This document shows, piece by piece, positions 34,648 to 47,936 of a DNA stretch of 64,000 nucleotides. Source of the stretch: Ruditapes philippinarum (lineage: Eukaryota); contig NW_026867313.1 in assembly GCF_026571515.1 (NCBI RefSeq), positions 248,001-312,000 on the forward strand, in the 5' to 3' direction. The notes beneath the pieces were generated by a model. It saw only the letters and a program-made list of their open reading frames with translations, ran no database searches and had not been told where the DNA came from. The number at the start of each line of letters is the position of its first letter. The stretch's first letter is position 1. The position numbers and the translations under genes were made by a program.

Positions 34648-35280
34648 GCCTCACACCGTACAATCAAATGGGCAGACAACCGTTCAAACCGTCAACAGCC
34701 GTACTACATTGTAGTATATACATGTCGGTGTAAAAAATACAATTGACGGACGGTAAGTACTTATCTATTTTTAACATATCCCAACTGTGCTCGAGTAAAT
34801 CTATGTTATGGATTCATAGTCAACATCCAAAGGAGCATGCCAACAAATTTCTGGCCCTGTGCAAGCTTTACTTTACGTGAATTTTGACTGAAAATATCCA
34901 CACTTTCCGATGAGATGCGGCATTTTTTTTAAAAAGTCACATAAACTTACATTTGCTCATGATGATAATAATACGATTCGTAAACGTCAACATTTAGTCA
35001 TTAAATATTCCAAACCATACCTTCATAAATGCTTTTCTTTTAAAAAATATAGGGTATTTACGTTCGAATGTCTTCAAAATTTGAGTAACGTCATCAACCG
35101 TTCGCCTCTTTTCAATGATAACATCGACATTCACTCATCAGCAAGAATGAATAACGCTGAAAACCGTTAAAGGAAACAGTTTTCAAGGCTTTTGTGCTAC
35201 AGTAACTAGGAAAGTGTAAAACTTTTTTGTGCATTTAAAATGCTCATTTATTTAGCCCAGTTGATCGTACGGTGTGAGCC
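34648..35280. mobile_element. MITE with 26 bp TIRs inserted into a SINE
   Basis: GCCTCACACCGTACAATCAAATGGGC and GCCCAGTTGATCGTACGGTGTGAGCC; absent from the paralogous site at ~52500-52530. Confidence 0.78.
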
Positions 35281-35984
35281 TTCTTCATGTACCCGCTCAT
35301 GTCTGAAATAATAAACGGGACGGAAACTGAAATTTTCCTCCACCAGTAAAGCAGGAAGGTCGCCATATTACCATTACAGTGAATGTTTGACTTGGAAAAA
35401 AAGAAACAAAAGAAAAAAAATCGGTTATAAAAATAATAAATATTCCATAATCATACAAAAGAAATATGTCGCATTGTACTGATATGTTTGCATCTTCTCA
35501 AATGTAACTATGAATATTCATGAACAAAAGCGATTTCAACGTCCCTGCTGTAAATTAATGTAATTTACTAGAGTTATTTTAGAAACTTCAGATAAAATAT
35601 TGAGTTATGTTGTACCGTATACAGTTTACGACTTATATAGCTCACGCGTGAACTGTATAAGTTGACAGTAACACCGTATACATCATATACCGAATACAGC
35701 TTACCGCTAGCTGTATACGTTAAGATACGTTAAGATGCTGCATATCACCGTATATGGCTTATTTGTGTAAGATGACTAAGATGGTGATTTTCTTCACTTT
35801 TCTGTCCAGTCTACGGCCACGACTGTACTATTGTCTGAATAGCCAATGGCCAGGTATCACAATTCACCAGAACACAATTGAATATGCATAATTATAACTA
35901 CCGAAAGCATAATTATTATATTTATATGTCAAACTGGTATCAAGGAGACAAGTATACACCCACGTGACTAGAGTGGATAAGAGA

Positions 35985-36460
35985 CAACAATGACTACAAG
36001 CACTACATAAACGCCGACGGCAACGACTATGACTGCGACCTAGATCACGACTGCGACTTTAACGACGACAAGTTCAGCTTCGACCACGATTCTAATGAAT
36101 ACGACTTTGACGACTGCCATTGCTACAACTTCTACGACTACAAGTTTGTCCGTTTGTCCATGACTACGCCTTCGCCGACGATTACGGCCATTACCACGAT
36201 TACGAATTATACGACTATAAATACGGCTACGACCGCGAAGATAACGACTAATGTGATGTTTACGACTTATTGATACAAGAACAGCTACGATGATTACGAA
36301 AGCTACGCTTTCTACGCCAACGACTATGGCTAAGACTACAGAAACGACTGACTAAGACTACAGAAACGAACACGAATACTAATTCAAAGACTACGGACGA
36401 CTTCGAGCACGGCTCCGAGTATTAAATCTTTTATGACTACAAGTCTTTTATCTACGACGA
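35985..36460. repeat. Cryptic (GAC/TAC)n simple-repeat region (paralogues 45705-46010, 53205-53780)
   Basis: Dense GACTAC/ACGAC units with no long ORF. Confidence 0.8.
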
Positions 36461-37861
36461 GATTGGTTTTCAACCAACGTACACTCATCACACGTAAGCT
36501 GTACACATCGTCAGCTGTAAACGGTGCAGCAGATTCTCCGGAAACTTAACACATGAAGAAATATGGTCGGAATAGCAGGCCTCGAAAACACCAGTTTTGG
36601 GTTTAAAAGCACAAACATCAAAACCTACGTAATATCAATGTTGTTACAATGGAAACCAACGCCTCTGAACTATAGCACATTAATTCTTATTGCAAATCTA
36701 TTTCATACAATATACAAAACACTCTACTTGGCTATAAACTTACAAAGTTAAAAAAGCAATAACAATAAGAAATTGTAAACGATATACAATTTGTCAATAT
36801 ATACCATCATGAATATGTAAGATATTTAGTATAATAAATATTAACATATCAACTATTTATTTAGCAGTCGTTTTGGCTTTGTGGCAAAATAAATACACAG
36901 GTAAATATGCACCACATGTTTGCTGTATGTTTGGTACCCCATATGTTTTCCTTATGTAAAACATATGTGTTTCATGTGTTTTGAAAAACATGAAAAATAT
37001 GTGTCAACAAACATATAATGTTAAACTCATGGTTATCACATGTTTTTCATATGAATAAGTTTTCATATGTTAAATGTATGTAAACTTTCATGTGTTTTTC
37101 ACATGATAAATTTATATATGATCATATATTCTGCAAAATTTACACTTTAAACAGTCTTAGTTAGATTTTACATGATTGTACATAAATTCTTAAAAGATTC
37201 TTGGTTCATGCATCTATGTACAACTTGTAAATGTAGTAAATCTATCACTTCCAATACTTCTTATTATGTTGAAAAAAAAAACAACAACAACAATAAAACA
37301 CCTTTATGAAAATGATGAAAATAAATAAATGGGGGGGGGGGGATAACTGATTAAATTTTACATTAAGGGGAAGAAACAGTTTATGGAAGAATCGTCAGGA
37401 TGATGAATTGGTTAGGGGGAGAATGGTCTTATATAGTCTGTCATTCATTTTTGTTCATGATTTTTTCTCTCTTTGTATATGCTAGTGTTTATTAAGTGAA
37501 ATTTTAACAATCAAGAACCCAAAACGAAGTGACCGGGAGTTACATTGTTAAAATGTTCACTCAATAAAAATTCACACTTTGTGTTTGAAGATCCTGTATG
37601 TTGAATCATTTAAGTGAAATTATATATATGTATATAATTATGCTTATAAAACAATTTTTAAATATCGAAAAATATGTAAAATATGAACTGCAAATATGTG
37701 TACATATTATATATAATCATTAAATTAGTGCTCGCCATTTTTTTTAAGCCAGTCACCGACGAGGATTATTCAAATTTTCAGGTTTCAAATCTTAATAGAA
37801 CAGATTTTATATAAACTGGACGTTTTATATTATAAAACGCAAGTGGGCGGAGCACTAAGCT

Positions 37862-37975
37862 GGTTAGAGTGCATATCGGATGTTCTTCGTAAATAAGAAA
37901 GCTACAGTCGCTTCGCAAGCTCCGCTCCTTTTTAGCTTTCTTATTTACGAAGAACACCCAATATGCACTCTAACC
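37862..37975. repeat. 43 bp-stem hairpin
   Basis: GGTTAGAGTGCATATCGGATGTTCTTCGTAAATAAGAAAGCTA pairs with TAGCTTTCTTATTTACGAAGAACACCCAATATGCACTCTAACC; 2 mismatches, 28 nt loop. Confidence 0.9.
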
Positions 37976-38470
37976 TATACATATATGCATTCATTTCTTA
38001 TTGAAAAAAATGACTTAGACTTTTTAGAAAATAAACTTTTATTACCTCCCTTTATTTACATGATGTAAAATTCGGTAATATCTTTATAAATAATGCTTTT
38101 TTGGAACTTACAAAATTGATAAATCTTAATTTGAGCATCATATTTATGATATAAAACCATAAAAAATTGTGTTACAGGATATTTAAGATTGATCAATATT
38201 TATCATATTTCAATAGTTGTACTTCACACAACTCGTGTCAATTAAACTTTCCAATATTATTGTAGCAACGTAATGTAAACATACGAAATATAACACAATG
38301 ATTGAATGATACCAGATACATATTGTTATATGATACGTTTATATAAATCAGTTTTAAAACTTATATTTTTTCATTGAAATATTAAATCGGATTGCTACAG
38401 GTTTTCTAAATAGTGAGTTGAGAATATAAACTAACTTGAATAAAACAATAGAGAATCATTGTTAAACAAA

Positions 38471-40186
38471 ATGGCGGACGGTAGAGAGGACGATGAAGTT
38501 CCTGGTCGTGTCGAGGACATTTTGTGTAAACAGCGTGTCAAGGAAATTATGTGTCAACCATGCTTAAGTAAGGATAAGAAAAATGTGGCTGACAAGTTTT
38601 GTTCAACGTGTAATGAATTTCAGTGTATTGATTGTTCAGGTGTGCATAACGTGCTTGACATCTTTATAAGTCATAAATTGTTAAACGCAAATGTAGCACA
38701 TGTAATCAGATGTGATCAACACACAAAGGTTTTAGATTTTTTCTGTGAAGATGAGAACAAGCTTTGTTGCAGTACTTGTGCCATTGTTGATCATAGTAAA
38801 TGTCACGGTGTTGTTGAAGTTGAGAAAATTGCCGGGAAAATGATGTCACCGAGTTCTAGTTTAGAGGAGATATTGCAGGGAGCCATAGAATGTGTTGAAG
38901 CTATTGCAAGACATACTGTCACTTCAAAGGATCGACTTGCTCAAGACGTTGAAGAAATACAAGCAAAAATTAAGAAAATGCGAGATGAAGTAGTGAAAAT
39001 GTTTGACGAATTGGAAGTTAACATTGTTAAGAGAGCTAAATCTTTACAGAAAGAAACATTAGGTAACCTTGAAAAGAAGCAATCACAAATCGAGAAACAT
39101 TTGGCTTATGTTACAGGCTATCTAGAAACGCTTCATAGCATTTACAAAAATAGGACTCCAACGCAGAAATTTATAGCAGAACAGAAAATGGAAAATGAAG
39201 TCAATGTTGTATGCAGAAATGTCAATGAGGAATGTCAGAACTTCAAGACGGTGACCATTTCTTTTGATTTTGATGGACAATTAACTCTGCCACCACGATC
39301 AATTACTGACTTTGTTCCTGGACAGCTGACATTGAAATACCACGAACGGGAAAATGTGAATGCTGTAAATAAGGTGACGACATTAACTCAAGTTTCTTCT
39401 ATTGAGTTAAAGAAGACGGGAGATGACACCGAGAAAACATTCGTTACAGGAATAAACTTTCTACCCGATGGTAGACTAGTTGTTATGGATCATTTCAATA
39501 AGAAATTGATAGTTTACAATGAAAATTTGGAAAAAGTAGGATCATATCAGTTATCTTATAGGCCTCTGTCAGTTGTCGCTGTATCTGAGGATGAAGTAGC
39601 GATAACAAGTGGCAGTGAATATATAATAGAATTTCTACGTGTTAGTAAAGCTAATGAAATAAGTTCAAGTAGAAAATGTAAAGTTAGAAAGAAATATGAT
39701 TCTATATGTTTAAAAGATAATAGCCAATTTGTCGTAGGGGCTATTGATTACCAAATACCTGTTGAAATAATAACATTAGCAGGAGAGCCAAATGCTTTTA
39801 GTATCAATTTTCCTAACAAGGCATATCCTGAAGAAACAAGCAGATGTACTTACATAAGGAACGGTGATAAAGTGGTGTTTACAGATAGATACGAGCATAC
39901 TGTCTACATATATGATATCAAGACAAACACGAGAGTCGTGGTGAAGGATGATCAGATAAAGCAACCATTTGGTGTAGCAGTTGGCCCCTATGATACTATC
40001 CTGGTTTGTAGCATGAGAACAAATTCCATTGTACAGATATCACAAACAGGTCAGATCTTGTCATCACACAAGATAGATATGGAATTCCCACACACAGTTT
40101 GTGTTTCACGTGATAAAGCATTTCTTGTTGTTACAAATTCCAGTTTTGGAAACGTGAAAATGCAGAAATTCAAAATATCATTATGA
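38471..40186 (+). CDS. RING-less TRIM-like protein (B-box1, B-box2, coiled coil, NHL-like beta-propeller), copy 1, 571 aa
   Basis: Single-exon ORF from AAAATGGCG. CQPC...CSTC...CIDC...H...H; CDQH...C...CC..C....H..C; heptad region; propeller repeats (G..FLPDGRLVV.D, PLSVVAV, PFGVAVGP.DTILVCS). Confidence 0.9.
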   Translation: MADGREDDEVPGRVEDILCKQRVKEIMCQPCLSKDKKNVADKFCSTCNEFQCIDCSGVHNVLDIFISHKLLNANVAHVIRCDQHTKVLDFFCEDENKLCCSTCAIVDHSKCHGVVEVEKIAGKMMSPSSSLEEILQGAIECVEAIARHTVTSKDRLAQDVEEIQAKIKKMRDEVVKMFDELEVNIVKRAKSLQKETLGNLEKKQSQIEKHLAYVTGYLETLHSIYKNRTPTQKFIAEQKMENEVNVVCRNVNEECQNFKTVTISFDFDGQLTLPPRSITDFVPGQLTLKYHERENVNAVNKVTTLTQVSSIELKKTGDDTEKTFVTGINFLPDGRLVVMDHFNKKLIVYNENLEKVGSYQLSYRPLSVVAVSEDEVAITSGSEYIIEFLRVSKANEISSSRKCKVRKKYDSICLKDNSQFVVGAIDYQIPVEIITLAGEPNAFSINFPNKAYPEETSRCTYIRNGDKVVFTDRYEHTVYIYDIKTNTRVVVKDDQIKQPFGVAVGPYDTILVCSMRTNSIVQISQTGQILSSHKIDMEFPHTVCVSRDKAFLVVTNSSFGNVKMQKFKISL

Positions 40187-40210
40187 TAACGCAATCTTCT
40201 GTATCTCATA

Positions 40211-40815
40211 TGTCGTAGGGTTCCTCTTTCCTAATAAAGGAGGGGCTGTTTCGACCTGTAATGGCACGGAAACAAATAAAACAATTTACTTAGGATGAAA
40301 GAAAACGCAACACAGCTACTTCGTGGCGCAAACCAATGGAAGTGTATTCAATGTGCAAAATACAAAATGCAACACGCATGTCATTTCAATAATTGAATGA
40401 ATACATTACGAGTAATAAATAACAACCAAAATTACCTGTAATGGCACGGAAACAAATAAAACAATTTACTTAGGATGAAAGAAAACGCAACACAGCTACT
40501 TCGTGGAGCAAACCAATGGAAGTGTATTCAATGTGCGCATGCGTGCCTTCCAATCCGGGTGAGTAAATGTTAGGAGGCCCGTCCAGAAGAAATTAGTTGT
40601 TATGAATTATATAGAATGACATTAAGTGTTACATGTTGCAATGAATGAAAAGGATGAATGAAAATGAGAAAAATATGGGGGATGAATAGGACAAATATAT
40701 AGGACATATATGATATAACAAAATGACAAACGTACAGGGAATATATAACGACACAATATATAAGACATACATACAAACAATAAATTATACATGTCGGTAT
40801 ATTACCCTCGTGACA
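40211..40815. mobile_element. Solo LTR (Gypsy-like, 4 bp TSD) with internal ~103 bp direct repeat
   Basis: Begins TGTCGTAGGG, ends CCCTCGTGACA, flanked by CATA on both sides. Empty site in the copy 2 flank (~49660). Internal repeat 40254-40356 and 40434-40536. Confidence 0.78.
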
Positions 40816-41345
40816 CATAGTACAAACCATGATTCACATTATAAGGTGAAAATGATCGGTAGTTTCAAGAATGACCAAGAGAGTGTATACATGTATTTAT
40901 ATCAATCGATGTAAAAAATCTGGAAACAAAGTGATCCCCCGGAAGCATTAATCACTACAAAATTACAAGAGAATTGCAGACTCGGTTTGATTGAGTCTGT
41001 ACATGAGGGATAATGAAAAGATGCAACATCCCTCACGCCCCCTAGTACTGATAAGTCCAATGTCAAAATGTAACTTTCATTACTACACCAACATTCGAAA
41101 CCAATGTGTTGATAAGGTGTATAATCAAGAATAATTGTGTTTATCTTATGCATATCGAGAACAACTAATGAGTGAAAACAATTCAATAATGATTATTTTA
41201 ATTTACTTCTGATTTCATTTTGGATACATCGAACTTAATATTGAAAATTAAACCATTCATTGACATTAAACTTGTATTATGATAATTAACCCATGTTCTG
41301 AGTTAACGTTATCTTGTATATCTACCATTGTTCGAATAATTGGGT

Positions 41346-44300
41346 AATTTTGTGGTCATCTGTTTACATCCCACCAGAAAATACTAAATATTTCAACAAA
41401 AATATAAATGACTTGTTTTACACAGAGTATAAAAAATTCTGTACCAATTCTAAACATGTAGTTACATTTGGTGACTTCAATGCTAGAACTGGTAATGTTG
41501 ATGATATATTGCAAGTTGATGAAAAACTGTTTGATATTATAGATATTGAATATAACAGTATATTAATTTTGATGTAGATATTTTAAACGTGTTGAGGAAA
41601 AATGATTTTTCTGTAGCACGTATTTCAATGGATGAAGTTGCTAATCGTTTAGGAAGAGATCTTGTAGATTTTTGTAAATCGAATGAAACAGTGATTTTAA
41701 ACGGAAGGTCGTTTACAGATAAAAATGTAGGTAGGTTTACTTGTAAAAACTCTTCAATTGTTGATTATGTTATAGCTTCAGCATACGCACTAAAACTATT
41801 TAACGGTTTTACTATAGACGAATTTAACGCATTATACTCTGATGTGCACTGTCCAATCAATTTCAATTTATCACATATTGTTGAAAATAATTTAAGGCAG
41901 ACTTATTCTTCCAATGAGAAAATTAAAGGTTGGACTCAATCCAAAGCAAATGTATTTCGTGACAATATTAACAGTAATAAAGTTGATGATATGTTAAGAG
42001 AAATCGAAAACTGCGAAGAAATTGATAAAGATTTTATTAACAGTATTTTTCGAAACATTGAAAATACACTCCTTGTATCTGCAAAGAAAACATTTGGTAT
42101 ACAAAAAATGAAAACAAATATTTCAGATGGCTGTAGACAGCCTTGGTTTGATAATGATTGCAGAAATGCTAGAACGTTATATCATAGATGTAAGCGAAAA
42201 TACCAATGGACAAAAAATGAACGTAACATGTCTGATTTATATAATTCTAGTAAAAATTATAAGTATATTATGAGAAAAAGTATTGTCAATTTTAAAAGGG
42301 AGCAGAGAAAAAAAAACGAAGCATGAAATACTCATCGCCTAAAGAATATTGGAATTATGTTAATAGTATAAGTAAGAAAAAACAAATGACTGATATTGAT
42401 GTTTCAGCATTTTATGATTTTATAGACAGCTTAATACAGGTACTGTAGATGCAAATGACAACCCAGAAACAGATTTTCCAAATATCAATTTTGATAATGG
42501 GCTTAATGATAGCATAACAATCTCTGAGATACAAAGAGCAATAGATAAACTTAAGAATGGTAAGGCGGCTGGTCTGGATCAAGTTACTAAGGAATATATT
42601 AAGGGAAGCAGTACTTTACTTATACCACTATATCACAAATTGTTTAACTGTATTCTAAACACTGTTTTTTTGCCAGATTCTTGGTTGACAGGATGTATTG
42701 TACCAATCTATAAAAATAAAGGTAATGTTGAAATGCCTGAAAACTATAGACTTATTACATTGCTTAGCTGTATAGGGAAATTATTTACAAGTATACTAAA
42801 TGAAAGAGTGACAAAATATTAAGAACGTTATAATTTATTAAATTCAAACCAAGCTGGATTTAGGAAGCATCATTCAACTGTTGATAATATTTTTATTCTC
42901 CACATGTTAACAGATTACCTTAAACATAAGAAAACAAACATTTTTTGTGCTTTTATTGACTTTCAAAAAGCCTTTGACTCTGTGTGGAGAGCAGGCGTTT
43001 GGTGTAAACTTGTCAAATATAATATTTCTGGAATGATTTTAAATGTAATAAAGAATATGTACAGTGAAATCAAGTCATGTGTATCTGTAAATGGCAAATT
43101 TTCAAATTGTTTTGGTTGTTATAGGGGCTTAAGACAAGGAGAAAATTTGTCACCGGTAATTTTTTCTCTGTACCTAAATGACTTAGAAAATTACATGTTA
43201 TGTAATAACGATGTTTCAGTTATACTAGAAGATAATAACATTGAAATATTTTTGAAACTAGTTGTTTTGTAATATGCTGACGATGCCATTCTTTTTTGCT
43301 AAAACAGAACAAGACATTATATCTGTGTTGAACACCTTTTCTAATTATTGTCAAACCTGGAAATTAAATATAAACTTTGATAAAACAAAAGTAATGGTAT
43401 TTGGTGATAAAAGAAATAGAAACAGGAATATTACGGTAGATAATCACGTTTTAGAGATCGTAGACACGTTTAAATATCTTGGTGTTGTTTTTTTCTAAGA
43501 ACAGACAATTTGCGGTTGCAAAGAAACATATTGTTGATCAAGCAAGACGGGCAATGTTTGGTTTATATAAGAAAATAAGAAATCTAGATTTACCTATTGA
43601 TTGTCAGTTAAAGTTATTCGATCATACAATTGTACCAATTTTAACTTATGGGTGTGAAGTTTGGGGTAATGGTGACTTGTCGCTTATAGAAAAAGTGCAT
43701 ACAGATTTCCTTAAATATGTATTACGTGTTAAGAAAAGTACACCGCATGTTATGGTTTATGGCGAACTTGGGCGATTTCCATTATCAATTACTATTAAGA
43801 AACGAATTGCTGGTTATTGGTATGATTTAGTTAACAGTAATTCAATACAAAAATTATCGTCAAATATTTATAAGCTTGTATATGAAGATTTTGTAAGAAA
43901 TGGTAAGGAATACAAATGGTTATTGAATGTTAAGAGTATTTTTGACGAAACAGGTATGAGTTATATTTGGTTAAATCAGAATTTTAGTGGTTCTAAATGC
44001 TTATTGTTAAAAACCATTGATATATCAATGTGTAACCAATATGTACAAAAATTTCGTAGAGATGTCGCCTCAATGCCAAAATGTTTAAATTATAGAATGT
44101 ACAAAACTGATCATTGCTTTGAACCGTACCTTTGTTTACTGTCAGACAAATATTTAAAAACATTTGTTAATTTTCGATTGTGTAACAATCCCCTCCCTAT
44201 AGAAAGAGGAAGGTGGTTAGGTATTGTTAGAAATGAAAGAAAATATATGAATTCCATTACATTTTTTCATGTAGTTATTTTGAAAATAAACGAAAACGAC

Positions 44301-44708
44301 TTTTACCACAAGTTAACCAACAAAACAAAAATATGTTTACGTTTAAAAAATTAATGAATGAAACAGATCCACAAAAATTAAGCAACTTAGTTAAATATGT
44401 TTATGTTATACTTGAATACTTTAAGAACCCACCTGGCTAGTCATATTGTTTTGTTGTTGTTTTTTTTTTATTTATAATCTATAAATATTTTTCTATTTTG
44501 CAAAATTTAGCTTGTACACAATGAAAAAGTTACATTGTATGTTATGAAATATTGTAGTTATAAACACTTTTTTTAAAAACTACAGTAGTTCATTTAATTT
44601 GTATACACAACCTGATTACACATTTAGTAATTTTGTTTATATATTATTGTACACCTCTAATCATATGTAAATATACTGAGTGTATCAATAAAACTTGAAA
44701 ACTTGAAA
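41346..44708 (+). mobile_element. 5'-truncated non-LTR retrotransposon (APE plus RT, clade tentatively RTE-X-like), ORF2 disrupted
   Basis: Endonuclease motifs GDFNAR, SIVDY, SDVHCP. RT motifs FIDFQKAFDSV, GLRQGENLSP, (stop)YADD, FKYLG. C-terminal YGELGRFPL, LPIERGRW. AATAAA plus (ACTTGAAA)2 tail. Absent from units 2 and 3. Confidence 0.92.
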
Positions 44709-45119
44709 ATCAATCGATCAATATCCTTTCTGTTAAGTTCAAATGCTTTCGTTCCATATGAAATTGATTTTTTCTAATCGCTTATAAACTTATGGTCTAA
44801 TATTTTTCATACGTCATATTTGTACCTATTAGTTATGGTATACTATCCATCATAATGCCTGTCAACATTATTTAGGCGACACTTGAGTCCTCTGATTATT
44901 CTGTGATCAAGAAGTATCGTTAACTTAGCATAAAATTATATAACAAATGTAGATATATTACTATATCATGCCCTCATTATGTTTAATCAAGGTAAATAAA
45001 GATATATATCCGGAGTCATATATCATTTAGAAATCTATTTCCCTTTCATTGATTTTTTCATATATATTTCTCTCGCAAATATTCTACGTAACATGAAGAA
45101 AAGTAACAAGTATGTTATA

Positions 45120-45690
45120 TGCTGAATATACTATTGATATTGAGTACCTGTGCACGGACGATCCATGGCAATTCTGGGATCATATAAATAAATCTTGGTC
45201 CAAAAAGTTTTATACCTATGGAAGGCTATGATGCAGACGGGAATGTGATTAAAAACTGTCATTTTGTTTTCAATAAATGGTCAAGTGAATTTGTAAGTCT
45301 TTCTAAATGTAACGAAACCGATGAAAATTTTGACAATGAATTTTACGAGCAGAATTTAGACGGGACGAGTTTCTTAGAAGATCGACCCCCTTTCTGTAAG
45401 AAAAAATCCGCTCTTGAATTTCCCTATACAACTGAAATAGAAAAAATCGTTAAAGTGCGAAAAATGGGAAAAGTGCGGGGTACGATAAATTACCCTATGA
45501 ATGTTTAAAGTTTCCCATCATAATCGATTTTTGTTATCATTGTTTAGTTTATACTTTGAAACAGGAACTATCCCAGGTATATGGCGAAAAGCATTGCCCC
45601 GATACCATAGGACAATACCAGAAACAAACGTGCACAAATAAACTATAGCTGTCCGTTGTAAGCAAATTGTATTCAGCGTTATTAAATAAC
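45120..45690 (+). mobile_element. Old LINE ORF2 remnant (paralogue of 62630-63190)
   Basis: Frameshifted EIEKIVK..K.GKSAGYDKLP.E and GIWRKA...PIP pre-RT motifs. Confidence 0.65.
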
Positions 45691-46609
45691 TGATTAATGG
45701 ATTGTCTATGACTACGCCTTCGCCGACGATTACGGCCATTATCACGACTACGTATTATACGACTACAAATACGGCAACGACCGCGAAGATAACGACGAAT
45801 GTGACTTTTACGACTTATTGATTCTAGAACAGCTGCGATGATTACGAAAGCTACGCTTTCTACGACAACGATTATGGCTAAGACTACAGAAACGACTGAC
45901 TAAGACTACAGAAACGAACACGAGTACTAATTCAAAGAGTACGGACAACTTCGAGCACGGCTCTGAGTATTAAATCTTTTATGACTACAAGTCTTTTATC
46001 TACTACGAGATAGGTTTTCAACCAACGTACACACCTCACACGTAAGCTGTACACATCGTTAGCTGTAAACGGTGCAGCAGAGTCTCCGGAAACTTAACAC
46101 ATGAAGAAATATGGTCGGAATAGCAGGCCTCGAAAACACCATTTTTGGGTTTAAAAGCACAAACATCAAAACCTACGAAATATCGATGTTGTTACAACGG
46201 AAAGCAAAACCTTTGACGTGTAGCAAATTAATTCTTATTGCAAGTTTATTTCATAAAATATAAACTACACTTTACTTGGCTATAAACTTACAAAGTTATG
46301 AAGCAATAACAATAAGAAATTGTAAAGGATATACAATATTGTTAATATACCATCAAAATAATGTAAGATATTTAGTAGAATAAATATTAACATAGCAACT
46401 ATTTGTTAAGCTGTCGTTTTGGCTTTGTGGAAAAATAAATATATTTATTAAGCCATATTTATCACAATAATTCGCTCATTTGTTGACATAAAAATTTAAA
46501 ATTTCTTCAGAGTTGACCATCTGCAAAATATTTTTTGAAATATTTCATTCTTTTATCTTTGTATACCGGTCATATGACTAGAAAATGATATTCGGCGTCT
46601 ATAACTTCT

Positions 46610-47280
46610 TTTGAACAGTGTTTGCACACACTATTTTCCCTCGAAGTGCCATCATATCTCTCAGTTTCGTTAGCAAGGAAATGTGATGATACTCTACATG
46701 GATTAGTAATTTCGGTAATGTAACAAACAGAACAGTCGGTTGATATTACTGTTTACACGTTCCTTACAATACAAATCTGATGTTATAATTTATGTTATAA
46801 CAAATTTGACATTTTAATACTTAGATATTCTCGTACAATGGCGCTTTGTGTGACGAAGCATTGTCATGCAACAACCTTACACCACGAAGGCCAGTCGCTG
46901 GTGGACGGTTTTTGGAATATTTCTTTCATTTATGAAGGACCTTGCCTTTGTAAAACTTGTTTGGAGATTTTCTACCCGAGCAAGTTTTTGCTGTTTTGTA
47001 AGGAGATGAGGTATCCATCTGGCACTTATTCTTCTCATATTTAAATCATGTCTGAGAATTGTATGAGCGGCTCCTACAGAGATACCAACGCATTCAGCTA
47101 TATATACCTAGGTGTAAATCTTGCATCAGTAGCAATCAAATCTTACTTTTTAACCATTTTTAGCGGGGTTGCAGTTCAGACGGCATACATGAGGCGCATC
47201 GTTTACTGAATCCTCAGCACTTTTAAATTTCTTACATCAGCGTGTGACAGATGAAAGAGAAATTTCATTATTCCCATAAA
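46610..47280 (-). mobile_element. Mariner transposase remnant, internally deleted paralogue of 57060-57945
   Basis: Encodes ...VRLLHDNASSHKA... on -; aligns to the unit 3 copy with a ~300 bp deletion. Confidence 0.7.
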
Positions 47281-47936
47281 CACAAATATCATTAAATATG
47301 TCTACCGTCTGTATACCAAGAATACAGCGGTTCTTGATATAGGACCGTATTTGGTCAGTGAAATTAGACCTTTTCCCAACCATTTTAGCTTTAGTACACA
47401 CGAGTAGATAGCGTTAATCGAGCTATTGTCAAAGCTAAAATAAACTGATTTACATTGAGAGCTTGCACAACTATCTATGCGATACATGTACATAGTTCGT
47501 GCAAAACGTGGTTAAAAAGCGAGATATTGGCTTACTTGCATTCATATTTGAACACCACTCGTATTATACTTAATGACAGAGGTTAAATGTAAATGTGGTA
47601 ACACCTTAACTTACTATCATTGATACTATGAAATCAGTCTAAAAATATACATATCAATAATTATTATGTTTCAATAGTTGTACTTCACCCACTTTGAGTC
47701 AATTTACCTTCCGCGTTTCCAATATTATTGTAGCAACGTAATGTAAACATACGAAAGATAACACAGGGATAGAAAGATACCAGATACATATTGTTATGTG
47801 AACGTGTATATAAATCAGTTTTAAAATTTATAATTTTGCATTGAAATATTAAATCGGATTGATACAGTTTTGCTAAATAGTGAGTTGAGAATATAAACTA
47901 ACTTGAATTCAAAAATAGAGAATCATTGTAAACAAA

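Noticed and set aside
35985-36460. Asp/Tyr-rich biomineralisation protein exon
   Set aside because: No long open frame, no convincing splice sites, and paralogous copies differ by frame-breaking indels.
38459-38470. TTG-initiated N-terminal extension in the ORF track (also 59448)
   Set aside because: An in-frame ATG in good context lies four codons downstream and is conserved in all three copies.
38471-40186. Orthology to brat, TRIM71 or TRIM2/3
   Set aside because: Only the domain order is similar. The short, intronless, divergent tandem copies fit a lineage-specific expansion, so no symbol was given.
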